A DNA stretch of 32,000 bases, taken from NCBI RefSeq assembly GCF_000284115.1, contig NC_017080.1, positions 3,030,001-3,062,000 of the forward strand, written 5' to 3'. Of this stretch, positions 1 through 8,876 are shown one piece after another; position 1 is the stretch's first letter; each line of letters begins with the position of its first letter. The translations under genes and the position numbers were made by a program. The stretch is from Phycisphaera mikurensis NBRC 102666 (GTDB taxonomy: Bacteria > Planctomycetota > Phycisphaerae > Phycisphaerales > Phycisphaeraceae). The notes under the pieces were generated by a model that saw only the letters and a program-made list of their open reading frames with translations, ran no database searches and had not been told where the DNA came from.

Positions 1-2
1 AG

Positions 3-296
3 TGGCGGGTCTACTGGGACGTCATCCTCCCGCTGGCCCGCCCCGGCCTGGTGACGCTGGCCATCTTCACCTTCATGGGCACCTACAACAGCTTCTTCTG
101 GCCGTTGGTGATGCTCAAGAGCGAGCACCGCTACACGCTGCCGATCGGCATCCTCGCCTTCGACACCAGCGCCGGCCAGCAGACGAATCTGATGATGGCC
201 GCCATCACCATGACGATCGTCCCGATGATCATCGTCTTCGTGCTGCTCCAGAAGCAGCTGGTCAAGGGGATCCAGCTCGGCGCCGTGAAGGGCTGA
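3..296 (+). CDS. Carbohydrate ABC transporter permease, C-terminal part (gene truncated by window start)
   Basis: Frame 3 reads WRVYWDVILPLARPGLVTLAIFTFMGTYNSFFWPLVMLKSEHRYTLPIGI...IFVLLQKQLVKGIQLGAVKG*. This is the typical MalG/UgpE-like EAA-loop and C-terminus (LPLxRPGL, FxxxWNxFFWPL, QKxxVxGIxxGAVKG). Confidence 0.9.
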   Translation, partial: WRVYWDVILPLARPGLVTLAIFTFMGTYNSFFWPLVMLKSEHRYTLPIGILAFDTSAGQQTNLMMAAITMTIVPMIIVFVLLQKQLVKGIQLGAVKG

Positions 297-316
297 CGCG
301 TCCCGAGCCCGTGCCC

Positions 317-562
317 GGGTGCCACGCCGCCCGCGGGGTGGCGAGCGCGGGAGATGGTCGCGACGCGGCCACCCCCCAAGGGGCGTGGCACCCGGAGACC
401 CCGATCAAGCGGACATCTCGGGTGCCACGCCGCTTGCGGGGTGGGGAGCGCGGGAGGTCGTTGCGGCGCGGCCACCCCCCGAGGGGCGTGGCACCCAGAG
501 ACTCCAACCAAGCGGAGATCTCGGGTGCCACGCCGCTTGCGGGGTGGTGGTCGCCGCAGGCG
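317..562. repeat. ~2.4 copies of a 103-bp tandem repeat, each containing the inverted pair GGGTGCCACGCC ... GGCGTGGCACCC
   Basis: GGGTGCCACGCC starts at 317, 420 and 523 (exact 103-bp spacing); the complementary GGCGTGGCACCC occurs at about 382-393 and 485-496. Confidence 0.85.
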
Positions 563-619
563 ACGCCGACGCCCCGGAATCAGGCGGGTCGCGCCTCACG
601 CACGCCCACCGAGCCGGCT

Positions 620-1216
620 TCAGCGGATGTTCTCTTTAAGCGCCGCAATCACGGCCTGCTTGTCGTGGCTGCGGAGGGCGTCGAGGATGTGCTGGTGCTC
701 CTCGAGCACCTCCCCGTAGTCGTGCAGGCGGGAGTACGCCATGAGCATCTTGGCGCAGAGCTGCCGCCAAACCTCCATGAAGTCTTCCGCCCCGCAGGCG
801 AGCAGGACCGCCTCGTGGAAGGCCATGTCGCACCGGGCCACCGCGGCCGCGCTGTCGTTGCTGCACGCGAAGCGGAGCTCGCGCAGCGCCATCTCGATCC
901 CCGCGTAGCCCTCCTCGGTGATGTCGGCGAGGCCGGACTTCACCGCGAAGGTCTCGATCTGCACCCGCAGCGACACGATCATGTCGCGGTTCTTCTTCAC
1001 CGGGGGGTGCCGCACGGTGACGCCGCGGTTGGCGACGTAAGCGAGGAAGCCCTCGTGGGAGAGCTGCAGGAAGGCATCCCGCACCGGCCCCCGGCTGACG
1101 CCCAGCCGCTGCGCCAGCTCGACCTCGCGCAGCACGTGGCCGCCCTCGAAGTTGCCGGCCACCAACTCGTCGCGGAGCGCCCGCGTCACCTGCTCACGGA
1201 CCGTCTGTGGCTGCAT
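620..1216 (-). CDS. GntR-family transcriptional regulator, FadR/FCD-type
   Basis: MQPQTVREQVTRALRDELVAGNFEGGHVLREVELAQRLGVSRGPVRDAFLQLSHEGFLAYVANRGVTVR = GntR winged HTH, followed by a helical FCD-like domain (DMAFHEAVLLACG...HQHILDALRSHD). The upstream ATG at 1228 is an alternative start. Confidence 0.88.
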   Translation of the reverse strand: MQPQTVREQVTRALRDELVAGNFEGGHVLREVELAQRLGVSRGPVRDAFLQLSHEGFLAYVANRGVTVRHPPVKKNRDMIVSLRVQIETFAVKSGLADITEEGYAGIEMALRELRFACSNDSAAAVARCDMAFHEAVLLACGAEDFMEVWRQLCAKMLMAYSRLHDYGEVLEEHQHILDALRSHDKQAVIAALKENIR

Positions 1217-1246
1217 GCGTCGTCCCATTCCCAATCGTCCGGCAAG

Positions 1247-1252
1247 ACTATA
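1247..1252 (-). promoter_or_regulatory. Putative -10 box (TATAGT) for the GntR gene
   Basis: Minus strand reads TATAGT, 31 nt upstream of the ATG at 1216; no strong -35 box seen. Confidence 0.35.
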
Positions 1253-1364
1253 AGCTTGCGGCGCGAGGAGGACAGTCCGCCGCCGGGCGGCGGCCCGACG
1301 CACCGGTCGATCTCGCCGCAATCCGCGGGATGGCGTGCCCGCGTGCCGGGCCCGCCCGGTCGCC

Positions 1365-1877
1365 TCAGGGACCGGCCACGACCCCGACCGCGGAACCGTC
1401 GGGGCACCCGCCGGCGGCCGCCTCCATCATCTGGATGTTCTCGGGCGACATCTTCGGACCCCAGTTCGCTCCGGTCGCGTCGGAGACGAGTTCAGAGCCT
1501 CCGGTCGCGTCGCCCTCCTTGCGGATCGAGACCCAGCCCACCCGGGCCTCCACCCCGGCGAGTTCGTCCACGCTCATGCCGTTGGTGATGTCCCCGGGGT
1601 CGCCGCAGGTCAGCAGCGTGACGTCGACCAGCGACGATCCCTCACCGATCTGCGGATACGACCGCACCCCGGCGCCGCCCTCCGCGGCGGGAGAGCGGGT
1701 GTCGACCGGCCGGGCGTGAACGATCTGCGTCTCGAGGTCCAGCATCCACTTCTGGTCGCTGGGGCCGCGGTCGGAACCCAGCAGGTTCACCGCGAGGAGG
1801 ACCGCCGCGATGCCGCCGACCACCGCCACGGCACCAAGCTTCAGCAGCTTCTGAGGATCATCTTTGTCGTTGGCCAT
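1365..1877 (-). CDS. Hypothetical protein with one N-terminal transmembrane helix
   Basis: MANDKDDPQKLLKLGAVAVVGGIAAVLLAVNLLG...; lies directly downstream of the prepilin-like gene on the same strand. Confidence 0.6.
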   Translation of the reverse strand: MANDKDDPQKLLKLGAVAVVGGIAAVLLAVNLLGSDRGPSDQKWMLDLETQIVHARPVDTRSPAAEGGAGVRSYPQIGEGSSLVDVTLLTCGDPGDITNGMSVDELAGVEARVGWVSIRKEGDATGGSELVSDATGANWGPKMSPENIQMMEAAAGGCPDGSAVGVVAGP

Positions 1878-1970
1878 GGCAGCAATCGGGAATCGTGGGG
1901 ACGGGCGTGGGCGCCGGCTCGGGGATCCGTCACCCCGGCCGCACCGCCGGAGACGGCGAAGGGCCCCGCT

Positions 1971-2873
1971 TCACTGCTTCGCGTTCCAGTAGTTCGGCCC
2001 GCCGTAACCCCCGCCGGTGGGGAACGTGTCGTCGTTCGCCAGGAACTCGACGTGGCCGTCACCGAAGAGGTGGTTGCCCCGCCACCCCGTGAAGGAGACG
2101 GTGCCGCTCGCGGCGTTCTCGCCGCTGTGGTGGGCGTAGGCCCGCTGGAGGTTGCCGGTGTTCCAGACGGCCGGGAACGCCGCGAGCACGTTCACGGACG
2201 CCCCGTCCCACCCGCCCAGGACGTTCTGCGAGGTGGTCCCGATCAGCCCCTGGTTCTCGGAGATCACGATCGTGCTCGAGCCCGAGGTGAGCTGGTCCAC
2301 CCGCAGCGTGTCCTTCAACGAGTTGCCCGTCGACGTGCCGCCGGAGGGGATGAAGGCCGCGCCCGTGACGCCGCGCAGGTAGTCCGCGGCGCCGGTGGTC
2401 CCGCTGTTGCGGACGTTCATCGCGTAGGTCCGCGGCGACCGCGCCGACGGGTCGTAGCTCGTCGTGGTGATCGTCCCCTCGGCGGTGAAGCTCAGCGGGC
2501 ACTCGTACAACGGGTATCGGAAGGTGTCGTCCGGCACGGCGCCGGGGTTGGTCCCCCGGAACCAGTCGATCGAGCGGCCGTCGTACCCGCCCGTCGCGAG
2601 CGCGTCGTCCCAGGTGTACTGGTCCCCGCCGTAGTCGATCTGCTGGGCCGGCGGGTAGTAGTCCTTCGCATCCGCCGTGTAGGCCGCGATCGCGCGGCCG
2701 AGCTGCTGCTCCTGGGTGCCGCAGGCGAGCACGCGGGCCGTGCGGCGGGCGGCGCCCAGAGCCGGCAGCAGGATGCCGATCAGCAGGGCGATGATGCTGA
2801 TGACCACCAGCAGCTCGATCAGCGTGAAGCCGACGGGTCCGGGGGAAGAACGACGGGGGGCGGGAACGGGCAA
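1971..2873 (-). CDS. Prepilin-type N-terminal methylation (type II pseudopilin / H-X9-DG) protein; proposed TTG start
   Basis: GFTLIELLVVISIIALLIGILLPAL pseudopilin helix and C-terminal RGNHLFGDGHVEF. The ORF-track ATG at 2987 lies within a likely promoter. An in-frame TTG at 2873 is preceded by AAGGAG with good spacing. Confidence 0.75.
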   Translation of the reverse strand: MPVPAPRRSSPGPVGFTLIELLVVISIIALLIGILLPALGAARRTARVLACGTQEQQLGRAIAAYTADAKDYYPPAQQIDYGGDQYTWDDALATGGYDGRSIDWFRGTNPGAVPDDTFRYPLYECPLSFTAEGTITTTSYDPSARSPRTYAMNVRNSGTTGAADYLRGVTGAAFIPSGGTSTGNSLKDTLRVDQLTSGSSTIVISENQGLIGTTSQNVLGGWDGASVNVLAAFPAVWNTGNLQRAYAHHSGENAASGTVSFTGWRGNHLFGDGHVEFLANDDTFPTGGGYGGPNYWNAKQ

Positions 2874-2951
2874 CGGAAACTCCTTGAGGGGAGGAAGGGA
2901 GGGGGCAGAGCGCAGGCCCGGGACGCCGCGAGTGGGCAACCGAGGGAAGGC

Positions 2952-2963
2952 ATTGTTGACAAT
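2952..2963 (-). promoter_or_regulatory. Operator-like palindrome, site 1 (ATTGTTGACAAT), upstream of the prepilin-like gene
   Basis: ATTGT-TG-ACAAT with perfect 5-bp arms; member of a six-copy set in this window. Confidence 0.65.
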
Positions 2964-2987
2964 ATGCACCAAACGTCCGCCCGTCAA
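2959..2987 (-). promoter_or_regulatory. Putative sigma70-like promoter: -35 TTGACG (2982-2987), 17-bp spacer, -10 TATTGT (2959-2964)
   Basis: Minus strand: TTGACG-GGCGGACGTTTGGTGCA-TATTGT; the -10 overlaps operator site 1. Confidence 0.5.
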
Positions 2988-3095
2988 GCGGCGTGCGTAG
3001 TGGAATCCACCACGCCTCCCTCCACTCCGGCGGCTCGCGTCGTTCCGGGGCGAAGAGCCGCCGATCCCCCGCGGCGCCCCCGCCCCGCATCGCGG

Positions 3096-3141
3096 CCGCG
3101 GACCGCGAGCGGAATCGGCGGGATCCGCCGACGGTCCGCGG
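3096..3141. repeat. REP-like/terminator-like hairpin, copy A
   Basis: CCGCGGACCG (3096-3105) pairs with CGGTCCGCGG (3132-3141). A nested hairpin CGGCGG-GAT-CCGCCG lies at 3116-3130. The element starts 10 nt after the GH86 stop. Confidence 0.7.
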
Positions 3142-3150
3142 ATCCGGGCG

Positions 3151-5028
3151 TCAGCGCGGCGCCCCGAACACCCGCATCGTGAGGCTGCTCACGTGGCCGC
3201 CGGGCTCGGCGAACGTCAGCTCCACCTCGTTGTCCTCCTCCAGCGCCTCCGCGGGCACCGGGATCTCCAGGATCCCGAAGAAGCTGTTGCGGCTCTTCTG
3301 ATCGAAGCCGCGCCAATCGGTCGGCACCTCCAGCTCGTGGCCGTTGAAGCGGACACCGGGCCGCAGCGAGCGGCCGTGCTTGCGGCCCAGGCCCAGGCGC
3401 AGCACACCCGTCGCGCCCTCGCCGGCGTCCACGCCGTCGATCTCGAAGGCCAGCGGGCCGTCGCCGATCTCCCGGAGGTAGGCGTCGGCGTAGTGTTTGC
3501 GCTCGCGCACGGTGGCCTCCGCGTCGATCGCGCGGTCGTAGGCGAGCTTCAGGATCGCGGTGCCCTCGGTCCCGATCTCCAGCTCGCCGGGCACCGCGTC
3601 GGATTCGGTCCGGTCGATCACCGGCTTGCCGTCGGGGGCGTGCAGGTGGCGGATCGAGACGCTCCGCAGCGTGGCCCCCCGCGGCGTCGCCACGGCCGGC
3701 GACACGGTGACCGGCTCCAGGTCGAGGTTGTTGAGCACGAGGTAGGCGGTGTCGCCGTCGACGAAGCCCGCGGTCTGGACGTCGGGATCGTCCGACGTCG
3801 TCACGAAGCGCTCGCCGCGGACCTCGTCCCAGAACTTGAAGAACTTGATCAACTCGGTGTAGACCCACGCACCCTGCTCGTTCTCCCGCATCAGGCGGGG
3901 GCCGTAGGGCGTGCCCATCGAGTTGCTGTACCACAACGCCTTCAGGATCATGAAGGGCATCACCTTCTCCATGACCTGGGGCCGCTCCATCATCCCCATC
4001 ATCATCCCGCACCACGCGTTGAGCTGGAGCCAGTCGCGCTCCGGCGACCAGGGGTCGGGCGTGTAGCCGGTGTCGAAGGCGCCGAACTCGGAGATCAGCA
4101 GCGGCTTGACCTCGCCGAGGTCGACCTTGGAGGCGTGCTCGAGCATGTCGAGCACCGCCTCCATGCGGGCGCCCTTGATCCGCCACTGCAGGCCGCGCTT
4201 CCAGCCCTTGTCGTAGAAGTGCACCCCGAAGAAGTCCATGTTGTCGCCGGCGATGGGGATGAACCGCCCCCAGGTCTTCCGCCACTCGTCGAAGTCGTCC
4301 TTCTCGAAGTCGGTCGAGGCCTGGCAGTAACCGCCGATGAGCAGGTCCGGGTGCATCGGACGCACGGCGTCGGCGACGGTGTTGTGGTAGTGGAAGATGT
4401 CGTCGGGCGTCACCGAACCGTCGGCGTCCTTCGCGTCGACCAGCTCGTACACCGGCTCGTTCATCACCTCGAAGTAGACCGGCTTGGGCTGCCCGTGGAT
4501 CCCGTCGGCGTCGCCGAAGAAGTGCGTGAAGTAGCCGGCGAGGTACTTGCCGGTTGCCTCGGCGTCGGCGAAGGCCCAGCCCATCTTCGTCTCCTTGCCG
4601 TCGGGCCAGAAGGGGTGGATGTGGGTGGAGGTCATCAGCGCCGTCCGCGCCTCGTAGCGGTGCAGGTCGGTCCTCTTGGCGTAGCTCTGGCGGAAGGTCC
4701 GGCCGAGCTCTTCCATGTGGGCGGGCGAGGCGTGGCCCGGGTTCCGGGGGTCCTCCTTCAGCTTGCCGAGCGCGTAGGAAGGCCCGCCGACCTCGCGGCC
4801 GAGGTAGACGTCGTGCCCCTCGAGCAGCTCCTCCCGCTGCTCGACGCTCTCCCACTCGCCCTCGGTCGCCATCGAGTGCAGGTTGATGTACTTCTCCCGC
4901 TCGAAGGTCGCGACGTCGCCGATGACGTGGCGGGTGGCGGGATCGGCAGCGACCTCCACCGGCGCGGCGGAGGCGGTGAACGCGGAGCAGAGAACGGGTG
5001 CGGCGAGGACGAGGTGCTGGAGCTTCAT
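3151..5028 (-). CDS. GH86-like beta-agarase / beta-porphyranase (clan GH-A fold, secreted)
   Basis: Signal peptide MKLQHLVLAAPVLCSAFTASAAP. EREKYINLHSMATEGEWES...LLEGHDVYLGREVGGPSYALGKLKEDPRNPG resembles the GH86 N-terminal region. Candidate catalytic acid/base YFEVMNEPVYE and nucleophile PLLISEFGAFDTG; C-terminal beta-sandwich-like region. Confidence 0.72.
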   Translation of the reverse strand: MKLQHLVLAAPVLCSAFTASAAPVEVAADPATRHVIGDVATFEREKYINLHSMATEGEWESVEQREELLEGHDVYLGREVGGPSYALGKLKEDPRNPGHASPAHMEELGRTFRQSYAKRTDLHRYEARTALMTSTHIHPFWPDGKETKMGWAFADAEATGKYLAGYFTHFFGDADGIHGQPKPVYFEVMNEPVYELVDAKDADGSVTPDDIFHYHNTVADAVRPMHPDLLIGGYCQASTDFEKDDFDEWRKTWGRFIPIAGDNMDFFGVHFYDKGWKRGLQWRIKGARMEAVLDMLEHASKVDLGEVKPLLISEFGAFDTGYTPDPWSPERDWLQLNAWCGMMMGMMERPQVMEKVMPFMILKALWYSNSMGTPYGPRLMRENEQGAWVYTELIKFFKFWDEVRGERFVTTSDDPDVQTAGFVDGDTAYLVLNNLDLEPVTVSPAVATPRGATLRSVSIRHLHAPDGKPVIDRTESDAVPGELEIGTEGTAILKLAYDRAIDAEATVRERKHYADAYLREIGDGPLAFEIDGVDAGEGATGVLRLGLGRKHGRSLRPGVRFNGHELEVPTDWRGFDQKSRNSFFGILEIPVPAEALEEDNEVELTFAEPGGHVSSLTMRVFGAPR

Positions 5029-5063
5029 GGGCGAATTGGGAGATCGAGGCAACGGGGCAGGGA

Positions 5064-6503
5064 TCAGACCGCCGGGCGGCGCTCTTCGAGTTCGGTCCGG
5101 ATCTCCAGCAGCCGCTTCTTCGAGAGCGGGTACTGCCAGAGCAGCAGGAACACCAGGGCCGTGAAGCTGGCCTGCACCGCCACGTAGCACGCCTTGAGCA
5201 TGAACATCGTGTGGGGGGTCTGCACCGCCTCGGGCGTGGCGTCGTAGCGGATGACGTAGTCGAGCAGCAGCCCGCCGATGAGCACCGAGACCGTCATCGA
5301 CAGCTTCACGAGCCAGTTGCCCGCGGCGGCGATGAGGCCCTCGCGGCGGCGGCCGAACCTCCACTCGTCGTAGTCGCCGATGTCCGCCCGCATCGAGATC
5401 GCCAGCACCCAGAAGCCCGTCTCGGCCATGGCCAGGAAGGGCCGCGAGGCGAGGGTGAGGTACGGCCGGCCGGGCAGGTACGTCCACCACCAGCTCAGCG
5501 TGCCGACGAACAGCACCGCGACGCAGGCGAGCAGCAGCTTCTTCTTCTCGACCCGCCGCGAGAGCCACTGCGTGAGGATGGCGCCGAGGATGCCGAAGAC
5601 CAGCCCCACCGTGCCGTGGTGGCCGCCGAGGATCGCGCCCGCCTGGATGTCGCCGCCGCAGACGTAGTACGTGTGGACGTAGAAGCCCAGCACGCTGTTG
5701 GTCATGATCCCGAAGAGGTACAGGGCGATCGAGCCCATCACGATCCAGAAGGGCCCGTTGCGGACCAGCGTCTTCATCCCCCTGAGCGGGTTCTCCTTCT
5801 CCTGGGCCTGGCCGACCTCCTGGTACCGCTCCACGCAGAAGATCGCCGGGACGACGCCAGCGAAGACGATCACCAGGCCCACCAGCACGCTCACCAGGCG
5901 GATGCCGTTGATGAGCCCGCCGAACACGGTGAGCGAGGCGAGCGGGAGGATCCAGGGGATGCCCAGGTCGAACGCCCGCTGCACGTAGGTGCGGACGGCG
6001 TAGATGTCCGTCCGCTCCTGGTAGTCGGGCGTGAGCTCCATGCCCAGCGACTCGTACGGCACCGAGAGCAGCGAGTAAGCGGTGTAGTAGACGAGCAGGA
6101 TGCCGCACAGCCAGGCGAAGGTCCAGCCGTCGGACCAGCTCTCCGGCACCAGCCAGATCAACGGGAACACGACGCCGGCGCACACCGCGCCCGCGAGCAG
6201 GAAGGGCCGGCGACGCCCGAAGCGGCTGCGGCAGTTGTCCGAGAGCGAGCCGACCAGCGGGTCGTTCACCGCGTCCCACAGGCGGGCGAGGGCCATCGCT
6301 CCGGCGACGGCGGTGGCGCTGAGTCCCAGCGTCACGTTGAAGAACGGCAGGATGAACGCCCCGAGCGCGAACATCGCGTAGTGGTCGCTGACCACGCCCA
6401 TCGCGTACGCGCACTTCTGGCCGAGCGGCACGCGGTCCTCGGGCCGCACGGGCGGATCGACGCGGGCGGCCGCCGGAGCGGGCGGATCGGCTGGATCGGG
6501 CAT
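5064..6503 (-). CDS. GPH-family (MFS) glycoside/cation symporter
   Basis: QKCAYAMGVVSDHYAMFALGAFILPFFNVTLGLSATAVAGAMALARLWDAVNDPLVGSLSDNCRSRFGRRRPFLLAG is the typical MelB/GPH signature; 12-TM-like hydrophobicity. Only 35 nt separate it from the downstream GH86-like gene. Confidence 0.88.
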   Translation of the reverse strand: MPDPADPPAPAAARVDPPVRPEDRVPLGQKCAYAMGVVSDHYAMFALGAFILPFFNVTLGLSATAVAGAMALARLWDAVNDPLVGSLSDNCRSRFGRRRPFLLAGAVCAGVVFPLIWLVPESWSDGWTFAWLCGILLVYYTAYSLLSVPYESLGMELTPDYQERTDIYAVRTYVQRAFDLGIPWILPLASLTVFGGLINGIRLVSVLVGLVIVFAGVVPAIFCVERYQEVGQAQEKENPLRGMKTLVRNGPFWIVMGSIALYLFGIMTNSVLGFYVHTYYVCGGDIQAGAILGGHHGTVGLVFGILGAILTQWLSRRVEKKKLLLACVAVLFVGTLSWWWTYLPGRPYLTLASRPFLAMAETGFWVLAISMRADIGDYDEWRFGRRREGLIAAAGNWLVKLSMTVSVLIGGLLLDYVIRYDATPEAVQTPHTMFMLKACYVAVQASFTALVFLLLWQYPLSKKRLLEIRTELEERRPAV

Positions 6504-6560
6504 GGCGGAGGCGACCGGAAGAGACGGGCCGTGACCGGGGGCGGACCCGGCGACGCCCGG

Positions 6561-6572
6561 ACTGTAAACAAT
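6561..6572 (-). promoter_or_regulatory. Operator-like palindrome, site 2 (ATTGTTTACAGT on the minus strand)
   Basis: Matches RTTGTTGACAMT at 10/12; 58 nt upstream of the symporter ATG. Confidence 0.55.
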
Positions 6573-6622
6573 TGTCAGAGCAGGCCCGCTTCCGCGACGT
6601 CGGCGCCACCCGCCGCCGGTAG

Positions 6623-6634
6623 AGTGTCAACAAC
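6623..6634 (+). promoter_or_regulatory. Operator-like palindrome, site 3 (AGTGTCAACAAC)
   Basis: Reverse complement is GTTGTTGACACT. It follows a TAGAGT -10-like hexamer (6620-6625), about 100 nt upstream of the VCBS gene. Confidence 0.6.
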
Positions 6635-6736
6635 ACGCCGCGCATCCGGTCGTCCCGCTCCCGGCAGAGACGGGCCGCCGGAGCGTTCAAAGCTCGGTCT
6701 CCCCCTCTCGCCGCCGCTCCATCCAGAACACACGAC

Positions 6737-8680
6737 ATGCTCCATCCGGTCCGCCGCTCTCCCGCCCTGCTGACGCTCGGCTCCGCCTTTGCCCTCGCTC
6801 CTCTCGCGGCGGCGGAGCTCCCCTCGCCGCTGGGCGCGGTCCACTTCTTCGACGTCACCGCCTCGGTGGGCATCGTCTCGCCGCCGGATTGGAAGTACGG
6901 CGGCCCGCTGGTCGCCGACTTCAACGGCGACGGCCTCTACGACCTGGTGCTGCAGAACCACGACCAGACGCCGCTTCTGCTGTATTTCGCCAACGGCGAC
7001 GGCACCTACACCCAGCAGAAGGACCCGTACCACCGGGCCGACTTCCACGGGCTCGCGGCGGGTGACTACGACGCCGACGGCGACCCGGACTTCCTGATCT
7101 CGCTCGGCGGCGGCAACGCGACCAACCCCAAGCCGCCCCGGCTGCTCCGCAACGAGGGCGGGGGTGAATTCGAAGACGTCACCGAGACCTCCGGCTTCGC
7201 CGACATCGGCGGCCGCGGCCGCTCCGTGGCGCTCAGCGACCTCGACGACGACGGCGACCTGGACCTGCTGACCATCAACGCCAAGCAGGCGGCGGGCGAG
7301 ACCGGCCCGCGGAACTTCCTCGCGGAGAACCTCGGCGACGGCACATTCGAGCCGCGGAGCAGCGCCGGCTTCGATCAGACCGAGGCGGAGAAGGTCTTCA
7401 TGACCGACTTCGACGGCGACGGGTTCCCCGACGCCATCACCTTCGGGCCGTGGAACGCCGTCAAGTTCTGGAAGGGCGACGGCAGCTTCGGCCTCACCGA
7501 CGTCACCGAGCAGTGGCTGCCCGCCGACCTCCAGAACGCCCGCAGCGTGGAGGCCGTCGCCGAGGCGGACTTCGACAACGACGGCGACCCGGACTACTAC
7601 CTCGCCCGCGGCGGCATGACCAACAACAACGTGGTGGAGGTCGACCCCGAACGCAGCCGCCTCGACATCAAGACCCAGGGCCGCGTGGGCGACCTGGCCC
7701 TCACCTTCCAGACCGAGCCGGGGTCCTCGGGCATCGACCTCACGCGTTTCCACCGGGCGGAGAAGCCCAAGCCCAGCGAGTTCCCCGTCTTCCTGGGGGC
7801 CGAGAAGGAGGAGATCCCGGCGCCGCACGAGATGAAGTGGGTCGGCCCGCCGATGGCCAAGGGCTTCCCCGAAGAGCTCGGCGACAGCGGCTGGTACCTG
7901 GGCCACCTCGGCGACAAGCAGTGGAAGCTCGTCTACCACGCGACCGAGTGGACGGCCTGGAGCGCGAGCGCGTCGTTCATCAACGTCGCCAGCTACGAGG
8001 CGGACTTCAAGGTCGGCAACCCCGACCTGCCCGACCTGTTGCTCCGCAACGACGGCTCCAGCCTCGCCGACGTGTCCGACGGGCTCCCGGAGCTGACCGG
8101 CGACACCAGCCGCGGCGTGGTCGCCGGCGACTTCAACAACGACGGCGGCACCGACTTGTTCGTCTACCGCCACGGCGACCTCACGACCCGGCTGCCCGAC
8201 CTGCTGCTCCTCAACGACGGCGGCGCCGACGGCGGCTTCGCCTTCACGCAGCACCTCGACCACAACGCCACCGACACCAGCGCCGCAGCCCACGGCGACA
8301 TGGGCGCCGCCTTCGACCACGACCTCGACGGGAAGCTCGACCTGTTCAGCGGGGACGCCGACGACGGCAGCTGGCACCTCTACGAGAACCACACCGCCGA
8401 CGCCGACACCGGGAACTTCCTGCTCGTGCGCGTCGGTCGCTCCCCCGGCGGCGTGGACCCCCTCGGCGCGATCGTCCGCGTCGACGCCGGCCACGGCACG
8501 CCGATGCTCCGCGTCGGCGCCGGCGCCTCCGCCTTCTCGCAGAATCTGCTCGACACGCTGCACTTCGGCCTCGGCGACGCCGACGCCGCGGCGAGCGTGA
8601 CCGTCACGTGGCGCGACGGGACCGAGGAGACGCTCGAGAACATCGACGCGAACCAGCGGATCGAGGTCGGCTCGTTCTGA
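6737..8680 (+). CDS. Secreted FG-GAP/VCBS-repeat protein with C-terminal ASPIC/UnbV domain (CRTAC1-like)
   Basis: Signal-peptide-like N-terminus. Repeated Ca-binding loops: DFNGDGLYDLVL, DYDADGDPDFLI, DLDDDGDLDLLT, DFDGDGFPDAIT, DFDNDGDPDYYL, DFNNDGGTDLFV, DHDLDGKLDLFS. C-terminus GAIVRVDAG...LHFGLGDADAAASVTVTWRDGTEETLENIDANQRIEV. Confidence 0.88.
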   Translation: MLHPVRRSPALLTLGSAFALAPLAAAELPSPLGAVHFFDVTASVGIVSPPDWKYGGPLVADFNGDGLYDLVLQNHDQTPLLLYFANGDGTYTQQKDPYHRADFHGLAAGDYDADGDPDFLISLGGGNATNPKPPRLLRNEGGGEFEDVTETSGFADIGGRGRSVALSDLDDDGDLDLLTINAKQAAGETGPRNFLAENLGDGTFEPRSSAGFDQTEAEKVFMTDFDGDGFPDAITFGPWNAVKFWKGDGSFGLTDVTEQWLPADLQNARSVEAVAEADFDNDGDPDYYLARGGMTNNNVVEVDPERSRLDIKTQGRVGDLALTFQTEPGSSGIDLTRFHRAEKPKPSEFPVFLGAEKEEIPAPHEMKWVGPPMAKGFPEELGDSGWYLGHLGDKQWKLVYHATEWTAWSASASFINVASYEADFKVGNPDLPDLLLRNDGSSLADVSDGLPELTGDTSRGVVAGDFNNDGGTDLFVYRHGDLTTRLPDLLLLNDGGADGGFAFTQHLDHNATDTSAAAHGDMGAAFDHDLDGKLDLFSGDADDGSWHLYENHTADADTGNFLLVRVGRSPGGVDPLGAIVRVDAGHGTPMLRVGAGASAFSQNLLDTLHFGLGDADAAASVTVTWRDGTEETLENIDANQRIEVGSF

Positions 8681-8690
8681 TCCGACGGGA

Positions 8691-8738
8691 CCCGCGGACC
8701 GCGGGCCTCAGGGCCTCGCAGCGGCGGCGGTCCGCGGG
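8691..8738. repeat. REP-like/terminator-like hairpin, copy B
   Basis: CCCGCGGACCGC (8691-8702) pairs perfectly with GCGGTCCGCGGG (8727-8738). It starts 10 nt after the VCBS gene stop. Confidence 0.72.
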
Positions 8739-8876
8739 AGCGCCGCCGGCCGTCGCGGCCGCGGGACCCGCCTGCGGGGCCCCGCCGCGATCGGGCCGAT
8801 GGGGAGGGGCCGACGAGGCCGGAACGCCGGGTTTGCGTCCCGGCTCGCTTCGCGACAACCGCTAGAATCCTGACTC

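Noticed and set aside
317-562. CRISPR-like repeat-spacer array
   Set aside because: The 103-bp period has near-identical sequence throughout, with internal palindromes and no variable spacers; no cas genes in the window.
3151-6924. 1257-aa ORF starting upstream at 6924 and reading into the GH86 gene
   Set aside because: The N-terminal half is an out-of-frame translation of the symporter gene; the real GH86 start is the signal-peptide Met at 5028.
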